64,000 nt of DNA, from positions 160,001-224,000 of the forward strand of contig CAWEPK010000017.1 of assembly GCA_963810935.1 (NCBI GenBank). Direction: 5' to 3'. Both the position numbers and the translations under genes were made by a program. Below the pieces are notes generated by a model, which was not told the origin of the DNA, made no database searches, and saw nothing but the letters and a program-made list of their open reading frames with translations. The stretch comes from an uncultured delta proteobacterium (GTDB taxonomy: Bacteria > Desulfobacterota > Syntrophorhabdia > Syntrophorhabdales > WCHB1-27). Positions 54,924-64,000 of this stretch are shown here, piece after piece; within the stretch, counting starts at the first letter, position 1; every line of letters begins with the position of its first letter.

Positions 54924-56141
54924 ATGAAAAAACTGCTCTTTGTTCTATCACTTGCGGTTGGCCTGTGTCCCTTCCTCTTTTCCCATTCATCGTATGCGGG
55001 GAACACGATCAAGGTGGGCATCGTCGATACGTACTCCGGCCCAGCCGCAACCATGAGCCAGGACGTCCTCGACGGGTTCAAGATGGTGGTTGCCGAGATC
55101 AATGCAAAGGGCGGCATCAAGGGAAAGAAGATCGAGTTCTTAACGCGTGACGAAAAGTTCCGGGCGGACATAGGGCTGAGCATGGCCAAAGAGCTGGTCA
55201 TGAAAGAGAAGGTCGATATCCTGATGGGCACCATAAGCAGCTCCACGGCCCTGGCCATATCGGACTACGCCAGAAAGGAAAAAATCCCCTTCATCTGCTC
55301 GAATTCGAGAAGCGAGAAACTGACCGGGGAGAAAGGGCACCGCTACATCTTCACTCTGGCGGAAAGCACGCTGATGGCGGGCAGAGCGGCAGCCGTGGCA
55401 CTGGCGAAAAAGCCCTACGTCAAATACTGGATTGCAGGGGACGACTACGAATACGGCCATTCGATAGCGGACGCGGTCTGGCACAACCTTAAAAAAGCGC
55501 GTCCGGACGTCCAGCTTGTTGGGCAGTCCTGGTGGAAGGTCGGCGAGGCCGATTTCACGCCCTATATCACACAGGTCATGACCGCGAAGCCCGATTTTCT
55601 CATAGCGGCGACCGGCGGGGCCAGCATGATAACCTTTGCGAAGGCGGCGAAGGCAACGGGGTTGATCTCGAAGGTCCCGGTTTACCAGCATACGGTGATC
55701 GACTACGGCATACTCGGTCCTCTCGGGTTGGACGGCCCTGCAGGTGTCTACGGGACCGCGCCCTACCTCTTTTACTATCCCGAGACGCCCGCGAACACGG
55801 AATACGTTAACAATTTCAGGAAGACCTATGGAAGGTACCCGCAGATGTTCGCCCTTTTCGGCTACTCGGCGGGCCGTCTGATCGAAAAGGCCTATGAGAA
55901 GGCAGGGTCATTCGATACGGAGAAGTTCGTGACTGCGATGGAGGGCCTCGTGATCGACAGCCCGGTCGGCAAGCTGGAAATGCGCGCCTGCGACCACCAG
56001 CTCCAGGTGCCGATGATGTGGGGCGTGGTAGGTAAGAGCCCTAAGTTCAAGGACTTTCTTGTCGCGAACGATATAGTAACCATCCCTTCGAAGGACTATA
56101 TGCCCTCTTGCGAAGAGGTGCTGAAGACGCGCAAGAAATAG
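54924..56141 (+). CDS. Orphan HAAT/Liv-type substrate-binding protein
   Basis: Signal peptide; EINAKGGIKG, RDEK, DYEYG, MRACDHQ. Confidence 0.85.
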   Translation: MKKLLFVLSLAVGLCPFLFSHSSYAGNTIKVGIVDTYSGPAATMSQDVLDGFKMVVAEINAKGGIKGKKIEFLTRDEKFRADIGLSMAKELVMKEKVDILMGTISSSTALAISDYARKEKIPFICSNSRSEKLTGEKGHRYIFTLAESTLMAGRAAAVALAKKPYVKYWIAGDDYEYGHSIADAVWHNLKKARPDVQLVGQSWWKVGEADFTPYITQVMTAKPDFLIAATGGASMITFAKAAKATGLISKVPVYQHTVIDYGILGPLGLDGPAGVYGTAPYLFYYPETPANTEYVNNFRKTYGRYPQMFALFGYSAGRLIEKAYEKAGSFDTEKFVTAMEGLVIDSPVGKLEMRACDHQLQVPMMWGVVGKSPKFKDFLVANDIVTIPSKDYMPSCEEVLKTRKK

Positions 56142-56378
56142 GTCCGGCGGAGATCGCCCGGCGCATAAGTTACCACAGGAGGGTTGCTGTGCCTGGGCGA
56201 TCTCTGCCGAGCAACCCGGCCTTCTGCAACACGGAAGGCCGGCCGGTCAACTTCACACCACTATAGCCTCCGAACGAACGTGTGCCCAACCGGGTTATCA
56301 CAAATTTACACAACGAGGCAGCGACGCGCCGGACTTTTCGACGTTAAAACCGCGGAAATATGTTGATATTACTTAGAA

Positions 56379-56460
56379 TGCGAGAGAGGGGACTCGAACC
56401 CCTATGGTTTAACCCGCTGGATCCTAAGTCCAGTGCGTCTGCCAGTTCCGCCACTCTCGC
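56379..56460 (-). tRNA. tRNA-Leu (anticodon TAG), CCA not encoded
   Basis: GCGAGAG acceptor stem; D-arm TGGCGGAACTGGCAGACGC; anticodon arm CTGGA-CTTAGGA-TCCAG; long variable arm; T-arm GGGG-TTCGAGT-CCCC; discriminator A. Confidence 0.95.
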
Positions 56461-56467
56461 ATGCCTT

Positions 56468-56497
56468 ATTTTACAAGGGTATTTGATCGGGTGTCAA
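56468..56497 (-). promoter_or_regulatory. Putative sigma70 promoter of tRNA-Leu
   Basis: Minus strand TTGACA-N18-TAAAAT ending 7 nt before the tRNA. Confidence 0.6.
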
Positions 56498-56620
56498 ACC
56501 TTCAGTGACATTGTTGCGGCAAAATCCGCACCGCCGGCATGGAATTTCCCTCCAAATCTTTGTATACTGCCCGGACAGAATAACATGGTATGCAAAACGG
56601 GTCGCCGGGATGAAAACAGC

Positions 56621-57811
56621 ATGAAGGCAGGGCCAAAAACCGGCGCGGTCTATCCGGTCCTTGCGTCGACCGGTCTGTGCCATCTGCTCAATGACTCCAT
56701 GGCGTCGCTCCTGCCTGCGGTCTACCCCATGTTTAAGTCCCTGCTCCATCTGAATTTCACCCAGGTAGGACTGATGGCGCTCACCTTTCAGCTTTCCGCC
56801 TCCCTTCTGCAGCCGGTCGTCGGCCTTTACACGGACCGCCATCCAAAGCCTTTTTCCCTGCCCGCAGGGTTCGCGTCGAGCTTTTTCGGGCTGCTCCTGC
56901 TTGCCTCTTCGCACAGCTTCCTCTCGGTCATCGTTGCCATCGCCCTCATCGGAGTAGGCTCCTCCGTTTTCCATCCGGAAGGGTCCAGAGTGGCCAGGAT
57001 GGCCGCGGGCGGCCGCTACGGCCTTGCCCAGTCGATCTTCCAGGTCGGCGGGAACATCGGTATGTCTACCGGGCCCCTGGTCGTTGCCTTTATCGTCCTG
57101 TCGAGGGGGCAGTGGGCCATAGCCTGGTACGGCGTCGTCCCCCTTGTGGCGACGGGCCTCATCATCCCCGTAAGCCTCTGGTACAAATCGCACCTGCGGC
57201 CGAGGTCGGCTGCCGGCCCCGTTCACCTCGACGGCTCGTCCGTATCGCCCGCGAAAGTCAGGCTCTCCATAGCGGTGCTGGTCGCGCTCGTCTTCTCCAA
57301 GTACCTCTACATATCGAGCATCCAGAACTACCTGATCTTCTACCTGATCGGCAAGTTTCACATCTCGATCAGGGACGCCCAGATACATCTCTTCCTGTTC
57401 CTCGTCTCCGTCGCCCTCGGCACGGTCCTCGGCGGCCCCATAGGCGACCGTGTCGGCCGCAAGTACGTGATATGGGTCTCCATCCTCGGGGTCCTGCCGT
57501 TTACGCTGCTTTTACCCCACGCGGACCTTTATTGGAGCACCGTTCTCATCGTCATCATCGGCACGGTCCTCGCATCGGCCTTTTCGGCGATCGTCGTTTA
57601 CGCGCAGGAGCTGCTGCCCGGCAAGGTCGGCATGATCGCCGGTCTCTTTTTCGGCCTCGCTTTCGGGACAGCCGGACTGGGCGCCGCCGTCTTCGGCCGG
57701 CTCGCCGACGTGACGAGCATCGATTTCGTTTACAACCTGTGCGCTTACCTGCCGGCAATGGGCCTTTTGACGGTCTTCCTGCCAAATCTCCAGGAAAAAA
57801 GGGTCAGATGA
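56621..57811 (+). CDS. fsr: MFS transporter, fosmidomycin-resistance (Fsr) family
   Basis: HLLND, LQPVVG, FHPEGSR, AQSIFQVGGN, SKYLY, GGPIGDRVGRK, FFGLAFG. Confidence 0.88.
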   Translation: MKAGPKTGAVYPVLASTGLCHLLNDSMASLLPAVYPMFKSLLHLNFTQVGLMALTFQLSASLLQPVVGLYTDRHPKPFSLPAGFASSFFGLLLLASSHSFLSVIVAIALIGVGSSVFHPEGSRVARMAAGGRYGLAQSIFQVGGNIGMSTGPLVVAFIVLSRGQWAIAWYGVVPLVATGLIIPVSLWYKSHLRPRSAAGPVHLDGSSVSPAKVRLSIAVLVALVFSKYLYISSIQNYLIFYLIGKFHISIRDAQIHLFLFLVSVALGTVLGGPIGDRVGRKYVIWVSILGVLPFTLLLPHADLYWSTVLIVIIGTVLASAFSAIVVYAQELLPGKVGMIAGLFFGLAFGTAGLGAAVFGRLADVTSIDFVYNLCAYLPAMGLLTVFLPNLQEKRVR

Positions 57812-57995
57812 CCTGCTGCCTGTAACATTTTGACACGCATCGGCGACTTATGCTGTAATGGGGTTCGTAAGTGGCGCAGGCCGTCCGTGACGCCAACCGA
57901 CAAACAAATGTAATTTTAATGCCTTTTCCTTTTTATGAGGGGGAGGCTCGACGAGCTTCGCTCGTGGAGGGGGCGACGATAGCCCCGGTAATTGT

Positions 57996-59279
57996 ATGCG
58001 ACGAACAAGCGTACTCGTGATCGTGATCCTCGCCGTGCTGGCCGCAAGCGCGGGCGCCTGGTCCTTTTGGCACGGGGCGGAGAAGGCCTCAAGCCTGCGC
58101 TCGGCCCCTATCAAACGGGGGGATCTGGTCGCGACCATCAACGCCACGGGGACGCTGGAGCCCGTAGCCGCAATCGACATCGGCGCGCAGGTAGCCGGCA
58201 TGATCGTCTCCTTCGGCACGGATACGCTGGGCAAGCTCGTCAACTGGAGCTCACCGGTCGATAAAGGCACCATACTGGCAAAGATCGACGATTCACTCTA
58301 TATAGCAGCCGTCAAAAGCGCCGAGGGGCAGGTCCAGCAAGCGGAGGCGTCCGTGGTGGTAAGCAAAGCAAACGTGCTCCAACAAAAGGCAAGCCTTCTT
58401 CTGGCCACGCAGAACTGGGAAAGGGCAAAAAGGCTCGGCCCCAGCGACGCCCTCTCCCAGAGCGCCTACGATCAGTACAGGGAGACCTTCAATGCGGCCA
58501 CCGCAAATCTGGCGTCGGCGGAAGCCTCCGTCGAGCAGGCGCTCGCCTCCGTGGACGCGGCCCGTGCGACCCTTCACACAGCCAGGCTGAACCTCGACTA
58601 CTGCACGATCAGGTCCCCCGTCAGGGGCATTGTGATCGACAGGCGGGTAAACATAGGACAGACGGTCATGGCCACAGTGACCGCCCCCAGCCTCTTCCTC
58701 GTCGCGGACGACGTGAGGCGCATACAGGCATGGATCAATGTATATGAATCGGACGTCGGGAATATCGCCGTTGGACAACCCGTCAAGTTCACGGTGGACG
58801 CGTACCCCGGCCGCATCTTCCAGGGCGTGGTGCGCGAAGTCCGCCTCAACGCGACGATGACGCAGAACGTCGTCACTTATACAATAGCGGTTGACGTCGA
58901 TAATTCGGACGGCAAGCTCCTGCCCTACCTGACGACCCACGCACAGTTCGAGGTAGGCCGCCGCAAGGGGGTTCTCCTGGTACCGAACGCGGCCTTGCGC
59001 TTCAGGCCGCGCTCAAATGAGATCGCGCCCGACGCAAGGCAAGGGCCGCGCGAAGGCGGCGGCGGCCGGGCGGGCGGCAACGGGAAGGGCGAGAAGCGCG
59101 CTGTGATCTGGATAGAGGAAGGCGGCTCGGTGCGGCCGATGCCTGTGACGCTCGGTCTTACGGACGGCTCCTTTACCGAAATCGACGGCAAGGGGCTCAC
59201 CGAGGGCCTGCGTGTAGCCATGGGTAACGGCGCCGCCGCGGCAGGAGCAGGCCAGGCGGGCCCCGCCAACGGAAGATAG
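57996..59279 (+). CDS. macA: MacA-like periplasmic adaptor (MFP)
   Basis: RGDLVATINATGTLEP, GAQVAG, coiled hairpin, IRSPVRG, FTVDAYP, NVVTY, VPNAALRF. Confidence 0.88.
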   Translation: MRRTSVLVIVILAVLAASAGAWSFWHGAEKASSLRSAPIKRGDLVATINATGTLEPVAAIDIGAQVAGMIVSFGTDTLGKLVNWSSPVDKGTILAKIDDSLYIAAVKSAEGQVQQAEASVVVSKANVLQQKASLLLATQNWERAKRLGPSDALSQSAYDQYRETFNAATANLASAEASVEQALASVDAARATLHTARLNLDYCTIRSPVRGIVIDRRVNIGQTVMATVTAPSLFLVADDVRRIQAWINVYESDVGNIAVGQPVKFTVDAYPGRIFQGVVREVRLNATMTQNVVTYTIAVDVDNSDGKLLPYLTTHAQFEVGRRKGVLLVPNAALRFRPRSNEIAPDARQGPREGGGGRAGGNGKGEKRAVIWIEEGGSVRPMPVTLGLTDGSFTEIDGKGLTEGLRVAMGNGAAAAGAGQAGPANGR

Positions 59280-59292
59280 GGGGAGACCGGTG

Positions 59293-59979
59293 ATGGAGAA
59301 CCTCATCCGACTGCGCGACATCAACAAAACGTACCACCTGGGCGAGATCGACCTCCCCGTGCTCAAGGGCATATCCATGGAGATCGAAAAGGGCGAGATG
59401 GTAGCGCTCATGGGAGCTAGCGGCTCGGGGAAGAGCACACTCATGAATATCCTCGGGTGTCTCGACCGCCCAACGTCGGGTGAGTACTGGCTGGAAGGGC
59501 GGGACATATCCCGGTTCGATGCAAAGGGGCGGGCCAGGCTGCGGAATCGCACCCTCGGGTTCGTCTTCCAGAATTTCAACCTTCTGCCCAGGACGAGCGC
59601 CCTGGACAACGTGATGATGCCATTAAACTACGGCAAGGAGGGTCTCACGGAGCACCAGAAGAAAGAACGGGCCGTCTCGATGCTGGAGAAAGTCGGCCTG
59701 GTGGACAGATCGGATCACCATCCCAGCCAGCTCTCGGGCGGCGAACAGCAGCGCGTTGCCATAGCGCGCTCCCTCATCAACCGCCCACAGGTGCTTTTCG
59801 CCGACGAGCCGACGGGGAACCTCGATTCGCGCACCAGCGAGGAGATCCTTCAAATGTTCCAGGGGCTCAACAAGGAGGAGGGCATCACGATCATCCTCGT
59901 CACGCACGATCCGGGCGTGGGGCGCCACGCGGACCGGGTCGTCCGGATCAAGGACGGCCTCGTCGATGGGCCGGCATAG
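59293..59979 (+). CDS. MacB/LolD-type ABC ATPase
   Basis: [36 protein letters not shown]. Confidence 0.92.
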   Translation: MENLIRLRDINKTYHLGEIDLPVLKGISMEIEKGEMVALMGASGSGKSTLMNILGCLDRPTSGEYWLEGRDISRFDAKGRARLRNRTLGFVFQNFNLLPRTSALDNVMMPLNYGKEGLTEHQKKERAVSMLEKVGLVDRSDHHPSQLSGGEQQRVAIARSLINRPQVLFADEPTGNLDSRTSEEILQMFQGLNKEEGITIILVTHDPGVGRHADRVVRIKDGLVDGPA

Positions 59980-59988
59980 GGGTACGGC

Positions 59989-61362
59989 ATGAGAATGGCA
60001 GGCATACTTAATACTGCATCCGGCGCCCTCAGGCGCAACGTCATGCGCACGCTGCTCACGACGCTCGGCATCGTAATCGGCGTAGGGGCGGTGATAACGA
60101 TGATGGAGATAGGCAACGGCGCGACCCTCGCAATCCAGCGCACCCTGACCGCGATCGGCGCAAACACGCTCGTGGTCATACCCGGCGCCCAGTTCGTCGG
60201 AGGGATTAACTACGGCATAGGCAGCATGACAACCCTCACTCCGCAGGATGCGGACGCTATTTCAAGGGAGTGCCCGGCTGTCGCCAGTGTCGCCCCGATC
60301 GTGCGCGCCCGGACCCAGATCGTCTACGGGAACCGGAACTGGGTCCCCACGTACGTGTACGGCTCCACGCCGTCTTTCCTCCAGGTGCGCGACTGGGCCG
60401 AGATGGCCGAGGGCGACGCGTTCACCGAGCACGACGTCCGCAACGCCAGCAAGGTCTGCGTCGTGGGCAAAACCATCGTTAGAGAGCTTTTTTCCGGGCA
60501 ATCGCCCATCGGCAAGGAGATCCGCGTCCGGAACGTCGCGTTCAAGGTGATAGGCGTCCTGCAGCAGAAAGGGGCGAACATGATGGGTCAGGACCAGGAT
60601 GACATCGTGCTGGCCCCTTGGACGACGGTCAAGTACCGCGTGGTGGCCACCTTCCTTTCAGGCGGCAACCAGAGCACAACCAACACGTCGAACGTGACCG
60701 AGGTCAACTCCCTCACCATGGCGTATCCCAACATCTCGACGAACCTCTATCCGACCCAGTCGACTAACGAGGCGGCGGACCTGCCCCAGCCGATCAGGTT
60801 CGCCAACGTCGATCAGATCCTCACTGCGGCGCGGGGACCGGAATTCATACAACCGGCCATCGACCAGATCACCGAAGTGATTCGGGAGAACCATCACCTC
60901 CGGCCTACTGCGCCGAACGATTTCACCGTCCGGGATATGACCGAGATCACGAAGGCGATGAGCTCGACCACCGACCTCATAACGAGGCTGCTCCTTTACG
61001 TGGCCATGATCTCCCTGATGGTCGGCGGCGTAGGCATCATGAACATCATGCTTGTCTCCGTGACGGAGAGGACGCGCGAGATCGGCCTGCGGATGGCGGT
61101 AGGCGCAGAGCCGAACGATATCCTCCGCCAGTTCCTCACGGAGGCGATAGTGCTCTGCCTGGCGGGAGGCATCATGGGAATCATAGTCGGGCGCGGGGCG
61201 TCCATGATCGTATCGAAGGTGCTCCACTGGCCTACAGCGCCTTCGTTGGGCGCCGTTATAGCGGCGGTCGTCGTATCGGCAAGCGTTGGCGTCATCTTCG
61301 GTTTCTATCCGGCATGGAAGGGGTCGCGCCTCGACCCCATCGACGCCCTCAGGTATGAGTGA
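59989..61362 (+). CDS. macB: MacB-type ABC permease
   Basis: RTLLTTLGIVIGV, VGGVGIMNIMLVSVTERTREIG, GFYPAWK...DPIDALRYE. Confidence 0.92.
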   Translation: MRMAGILNTASGALRRNVMRTLLTTLGIVIGVGAVITMMEIGNGATLAIQRTLTAIGANTLVVIPGAQFVGGINYGIGSMTTLTPQDADAISRECPAVASVAPIVRARTQIVYGNRNWVPTYVYGSTPSFLQVRDWAEMAEGDAFTEHDVRNASKVCVVGKTIVRELFSGQSPIGKEIRVRNVAFKVIGVLQQKGANMMGQDQDDIVLAPWTTVKYRVVATFLSGGNQSTTNTSNVTEVNSLTMAYPNISTNLYPTQSTNEAADLPQPIRFANVDQILTAARGPEFIQPAIDQITEVIRENHHLRPTAPNDFTVRDMTEITKAMSSTTDLITRLLLYVAMISLMVGGVGIMNIMLVSVTERTREIGLRMAVGAEPNDILRQFLTEAIVLCLAGGIMGIIVGRGASMIVSKVLHWPTAPSLGAVIAAVVVSASVGVIFGFYPAWKGSRLDPIDALRYE

Positions 61363-61368
61363 GGCGTG

Positions 61369-62787
61369 ATGAAGGTAAGCGCGCTCGCCTGTCTGCTGTT
61401 CATCCTCGCCAGCGGCTGCATGGTCGGCCCCGATTTCAAACGCCCGGAGCCGCCTATGCCGGATTCCTTCCTCGGCGTCAAGGAGGCAAAGCAGCCGAAC
61501 GCAAAATCGGTCGCGACGGACCGGTCCGCCAACCTCGCTTTATGGTGGCGGCAGTTCGAGGACCCGATGCTGAACAGGCTGGTCGACGAGGCGCTGAAAG
61601 CGAACCTGAGCCTCGCCCTGGCGGAGGCCAACCTGCGGCAGGCCAGGGCGCTGCGGGGCATCGCTGTCGCGGGCCTCTTTCCGTCCGCGACCGCCTCGGG
61701 CGCTTACCAACGCCAGTCAGGCCCGTTATACGGCACGAACGGGAACCCCCGCAACTTCTACCTGGCGACAGTGGACGCGGCCTGGGAGCTCGACTTTTTC
61801 GGCGGCGTCCGGAGGAACGTTGAATCGGCAACCGCCAACGTCCTCGCTGCCGTCGAAAACCTCCGGGACGTTCAGGTGAGCCTCATCGCCGAGGTAGCGC
61901 TCTATTATGTGCAGCTCCGGGGATACCAGCAGCAGATAGTCACCGCGAACAACAACCTGAAAGTGCAGCTGCATACGGCCGACATAACCCGCAAGCTCTA
62001 CAAGGCGGGGTTCGACTCCGGCCTGGATGTGGCGAACGCGGAAAGCGTAGTTGCCTCGACGGAGGCCCAGATACCCGTCTACGAGACGGGCGCGCGCCAA
62101 TCGATCTATGCCCTGAGCGTGCTCCTCGGCCGCCACCCGGAAGACCTCGTCGAGCTTCTGTCCCCGACCGGCGATTTCCCCGCCGTGCCGACAGACATAC
62201 CCGCGGGGCTTCCCTCCGAGCTGCTCCGGCGCAGGCCTGACATCCGCATGGCGGAGGCACAGCTCCACAGCGCCACCGCGCAGATAGGCGTGGCGACCGC
62301 CCAGCTTTTTCCTCAATTCTCCCTGACGGGCGGGGCGAACTGGCAGAGCGGCATGTCGAGCATGTGGCTCCATAATATGAGCCGCTCGCTCTTCATCGGA
62401 CCCGCGGCCTCCTGGCCCATCTTCCAGGGCGGCGCCATCATTTCGAACATTCACGCGCAGGAGGCCCTGCGCGACCAGGCGTTCGTTGTATACAAGCAGA
62501 CTGTGCTGACGGCCCTACAGGACGTGGAGAACGCCCTAGTCGCCTTTACTAAGGAGCAGCAGCACCATAAGTCATTGAGCGAAGCCGTCAAGTACGACCG
62601 CAGGGCCGTGGAGCTTTCATCAAAGCTCTTTCAGGAAGGGCAGACGGACTTCCTGAGCGTGCTCGTCGCGGAGCGCCAGCAATATACGGACGAAAGCGCC
62701 CTTACCGCGAGCAAGCAGAACATAGCGGCCGACCTCATCGCCCTTTACAAGGCACTGGGGGGCGGCTGGGAGGTAGGCAAGCAATGA
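61369..62787 (+). CDS. Outer-membrane efflux lipoprotein (NodT/OprM family)
   Basis: Lipobox LASGC-MVGPDF, WWRQFEDP, WELDFFG, PSELLRRRPDI, LYKALGGGW. Confidence 0.92.
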   Translation: MKVSALACLLFILASGCMVGPDFKRPEPPMPDSFLGVKEAKQPNAKSVATDRSANLALWWRQFEDPMLNRLVDEALKANLSLALAEANLRQARALRGIAVAGLFPSATASGAYQRQSGPLYGTNGNPRNFYLATVDAAWELDFFGGVRRNVESATANVLAAVENLRDVQVSLIAEVALYYVQLRGYQQQIVTANNNLKVQLHTADITRKLYKAGFDSGLDVANAESVVASTEAQIPVYETGARQSIYALSVLLGRHPEDLVELLSPTGDFPAVPTDIPAGLPSELLRRRPDIRMAEAQLHSATAQIGVATAQLFPQFSLTGGANWQSGMSSMWLHNMSRSLFIGPAASWPIFQGGAIISNIHAQEALRDQAFVVYKQTVLTALQDVENALVAFTKEQQHHKSLSEAVKYDRRAVELSSKLFQEGQTDFLSVLVAERQQYTDESALTASKQNIAADLIALYKALGGGWEVGKQ

Positions 62788-64000
62788 CGGTCGCGAACAA
62801 ATTGGGGTCATTTTTTATGAGACGATTTATCATAGCCGCAATCGTCGTTGCCGCCGCGCTGGCCGTAGGCGCGGTCGTCTGGGCCGTGCGGTCCGGGGTG
62901 GACAAAGGCCCGGCGTTACGCACCGCGCAGGTGAAACGGGGCGACCTGGTTGCGACGATCACGGCAACGGGCGTAACCGAGCCGGTGGCGGTGGTCCAGA
63001 TAGGCGCACAGGTTGCGGGCATCGTCGTAGCCTTCGGCACGGATAAGGAAGGCCGGGAAATCCGCTGGGGCTCCGAGGTGGAGAAAGGCATGGTCCTGGC
63101 GAAGATCGACGATTCCCTGTATGTGGCTGCTGTGAAGACCGCGGAGGGCCAGTTGAAGCAGGCCGAGGCCACCGTTGTCGTAGCCAGGGCCAACGTGGCC
63201 CAGCAAAAGGCAAACCTCACCCTGGCCACGCAAAACTGGGAAAGGGCGAAAAAGCTCGGGCCCAGCGATGCCCTTGCCCAGAGCACATATGACCAGTACA
63301 AGCAGGCTTTCGAGGCGGCAACCGCGAACCTTGCTTCCGCCGAGGCGGCTGTCGAACAAGCCCTCGCCTCGGTGGCGCAAAACAAGGCCACCCTCCTCAC
63401 TGCGCAAATAAACCTCAATTACTGCACGATCAAGTCTCCGGTGAAGGGCGTCATCGTCGACAGGCAGGTGAACATAGGACAGACAGTAGTCTCCTCCCTC
63501 TCCGCCCCCAGCCTATTCCTCATCGCAAACGACCTCAAGCACATCCAGGCATGGGTGAGCGTCAACGAGGCGGACGTGGGGCACATAGTCGAGGGGCAGC
63601 CGGTGGCCTTCACGGTCGACGCCTACCCCGGCCGCACCTTCCATGGCGTAGTCGGCCAGGTGCGCCTCAACGCTACCATGACGCAGAACGTAGTCACCTA
63701 TACCATAGCGGTAGACGTCGATAACCGGGACGGCAAGCTGCTGCCCTACCTGACCACCAACGCGCAATTCGAGATAGGTAAGCGTAAGGGCGTGCTCCTT
63801 GTGCCGAACGCGGCCCTGCGCTTTACACCTAAGTCCGCCGACGTCGCCCCGGGGGCGAGGCAGAAGACGGGCGAAAAGATATCCCGCCGGGCGCGCGCGG
63901 CAGAGGGAGGCGAAAAGCCCGTGGTCGTCTGGGTGGAGGAAGGCAGGTTCGTCAAACCCGTGCCTGTCACGGTGGGGCTTACGGACGGCTCCTTTACGGA
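62784..64000 (+). CDS. Second MacA-like adaptor, truncated by the window end; not in the ORF track
   Basis: Open frame from ATG 62784 (or 62817): ...KRGDLVATITATGVTEP...GAQVAG...FTVDAYPGR...NVVTY...VPNAALRF; colinear with 57996-59279. Confidence 0.88.
   Translation, partial: MTVANKLGSFFMRRFIIAAIVVAAALAVGAVVWAVRSGVDKGPALRTAQVKRGDLVATITATGVTEPVAVVQIGAQVAGIVVAFGTDKEGREIRWGSEVEKGMVLAKIDDSLYVAAVKTAEGQLKQAEATVVVARANVAQQKANLTLATQNWERAKKLGPSDALAQSTYDQYKQAFEAATANLASAEAAVEQALASVAQNKATLLTAQINLNYCTIKSPVKGVIVDRQVNIGQTVVSSLSAPSLFLIANDLKHIQAWVSVNEADVGHIVEGQPVAFTVDAYPGRTFHGVVGQVRLNATMTQNVVTYTIAVDVDNRDGKLLPYLTTNAQFEIGKRKGVLLVPNAALRFTPKSADVAPGARQKTGEKISRRARAAEGGEKPVVVWVEEGRFVKPVPVTVGLTDGSFT

Noticed and set aside
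56360..56620. N-terminal extension of the MFS ORF
   Set aside because: Overlaps tRNA-Leu and its promoter on the opposite strand; Fsr similarity begins after ATG 56621.
57850..57905. Possible riboswitch upstream of macA
   Set aside because: Only a loose resemblance to the ZTP aptamer 5' segment; the pseudoknot partner and a fitting gene context are missing.
1..64000. CRISPR arrays, IS elements, integrases, prophage or defence genes; many long overlapping alternative-frame ORFs
   Set aside because: No repeat-spacer pattern or mobile-element protein motifs were seen by eye; the alternative ORFs are expected in GC-rich coding DNA and lack motifs.

Overview
GC-rich bacterial chromosomal segment from an anaerobe with an outer membrane. 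It resembles a syntrophic deltaproteobacterium such as Syntrophorhabdaceae; this is inferred from gene content only. Six blocks: (1) 1-17.7 kb, a Wzx/Wzy-type polysaccharide locus resembling PEP-CTERM/exosortase-associated clusters, with an ExeA-LysM ATPase, priming transferase, WbpB/D/E-like aminosugar module, deacetylase, two FemAB/GNAT proteins, two radical SAM proteins, glycosyltransferases, polymerase/ligase and flippase. (2) 17.8-22.4 kb, a porin, a TMTC-like GT-C/TPR protein and a divergent polyprenol-P-sugar synthase-like GT2. (3) 22.8-46.6 kb, a 2-hydroxy-acid catabolic region: lctP, a GlcD-like enzyme, sodC, a minus-strand operon (divergent acyl-CoA synthetase beta, ferredoxin, alpha, CitE-type lyase, PFOR, glcDEF), two FadR regulators, a Liv-type ABC importer, a LarA-family racemase and an MBL hydrolase. 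(4) 46.6-56.1 kb, uppP, two selenoprotein candidates the ORF track misses or truncates (Nfu-like with UC, and DsbA/FrnE-like with UPWC), two-subunit aconitase X, GntR, TRAP, SDR and a binding protein. (5) tRNA-Leu(TAG) and an Fsr-type MFS. (6) A MacAB-TolC-like exporter with a duplicated adaptor. Three single-base frameshifts in short C/G runs look like sequencing errors. No CRISPR, integrase or transposase was seen. Most notable: the CoA-ligase/ferredoxin/lyase/PFOR/GlcDEF operon, the two Sec candidates, a degenerate GGDEF (RxxD) domain fused to the priming transferase, and the TMTC-like/polyprenol-P-sugar synthase pair.
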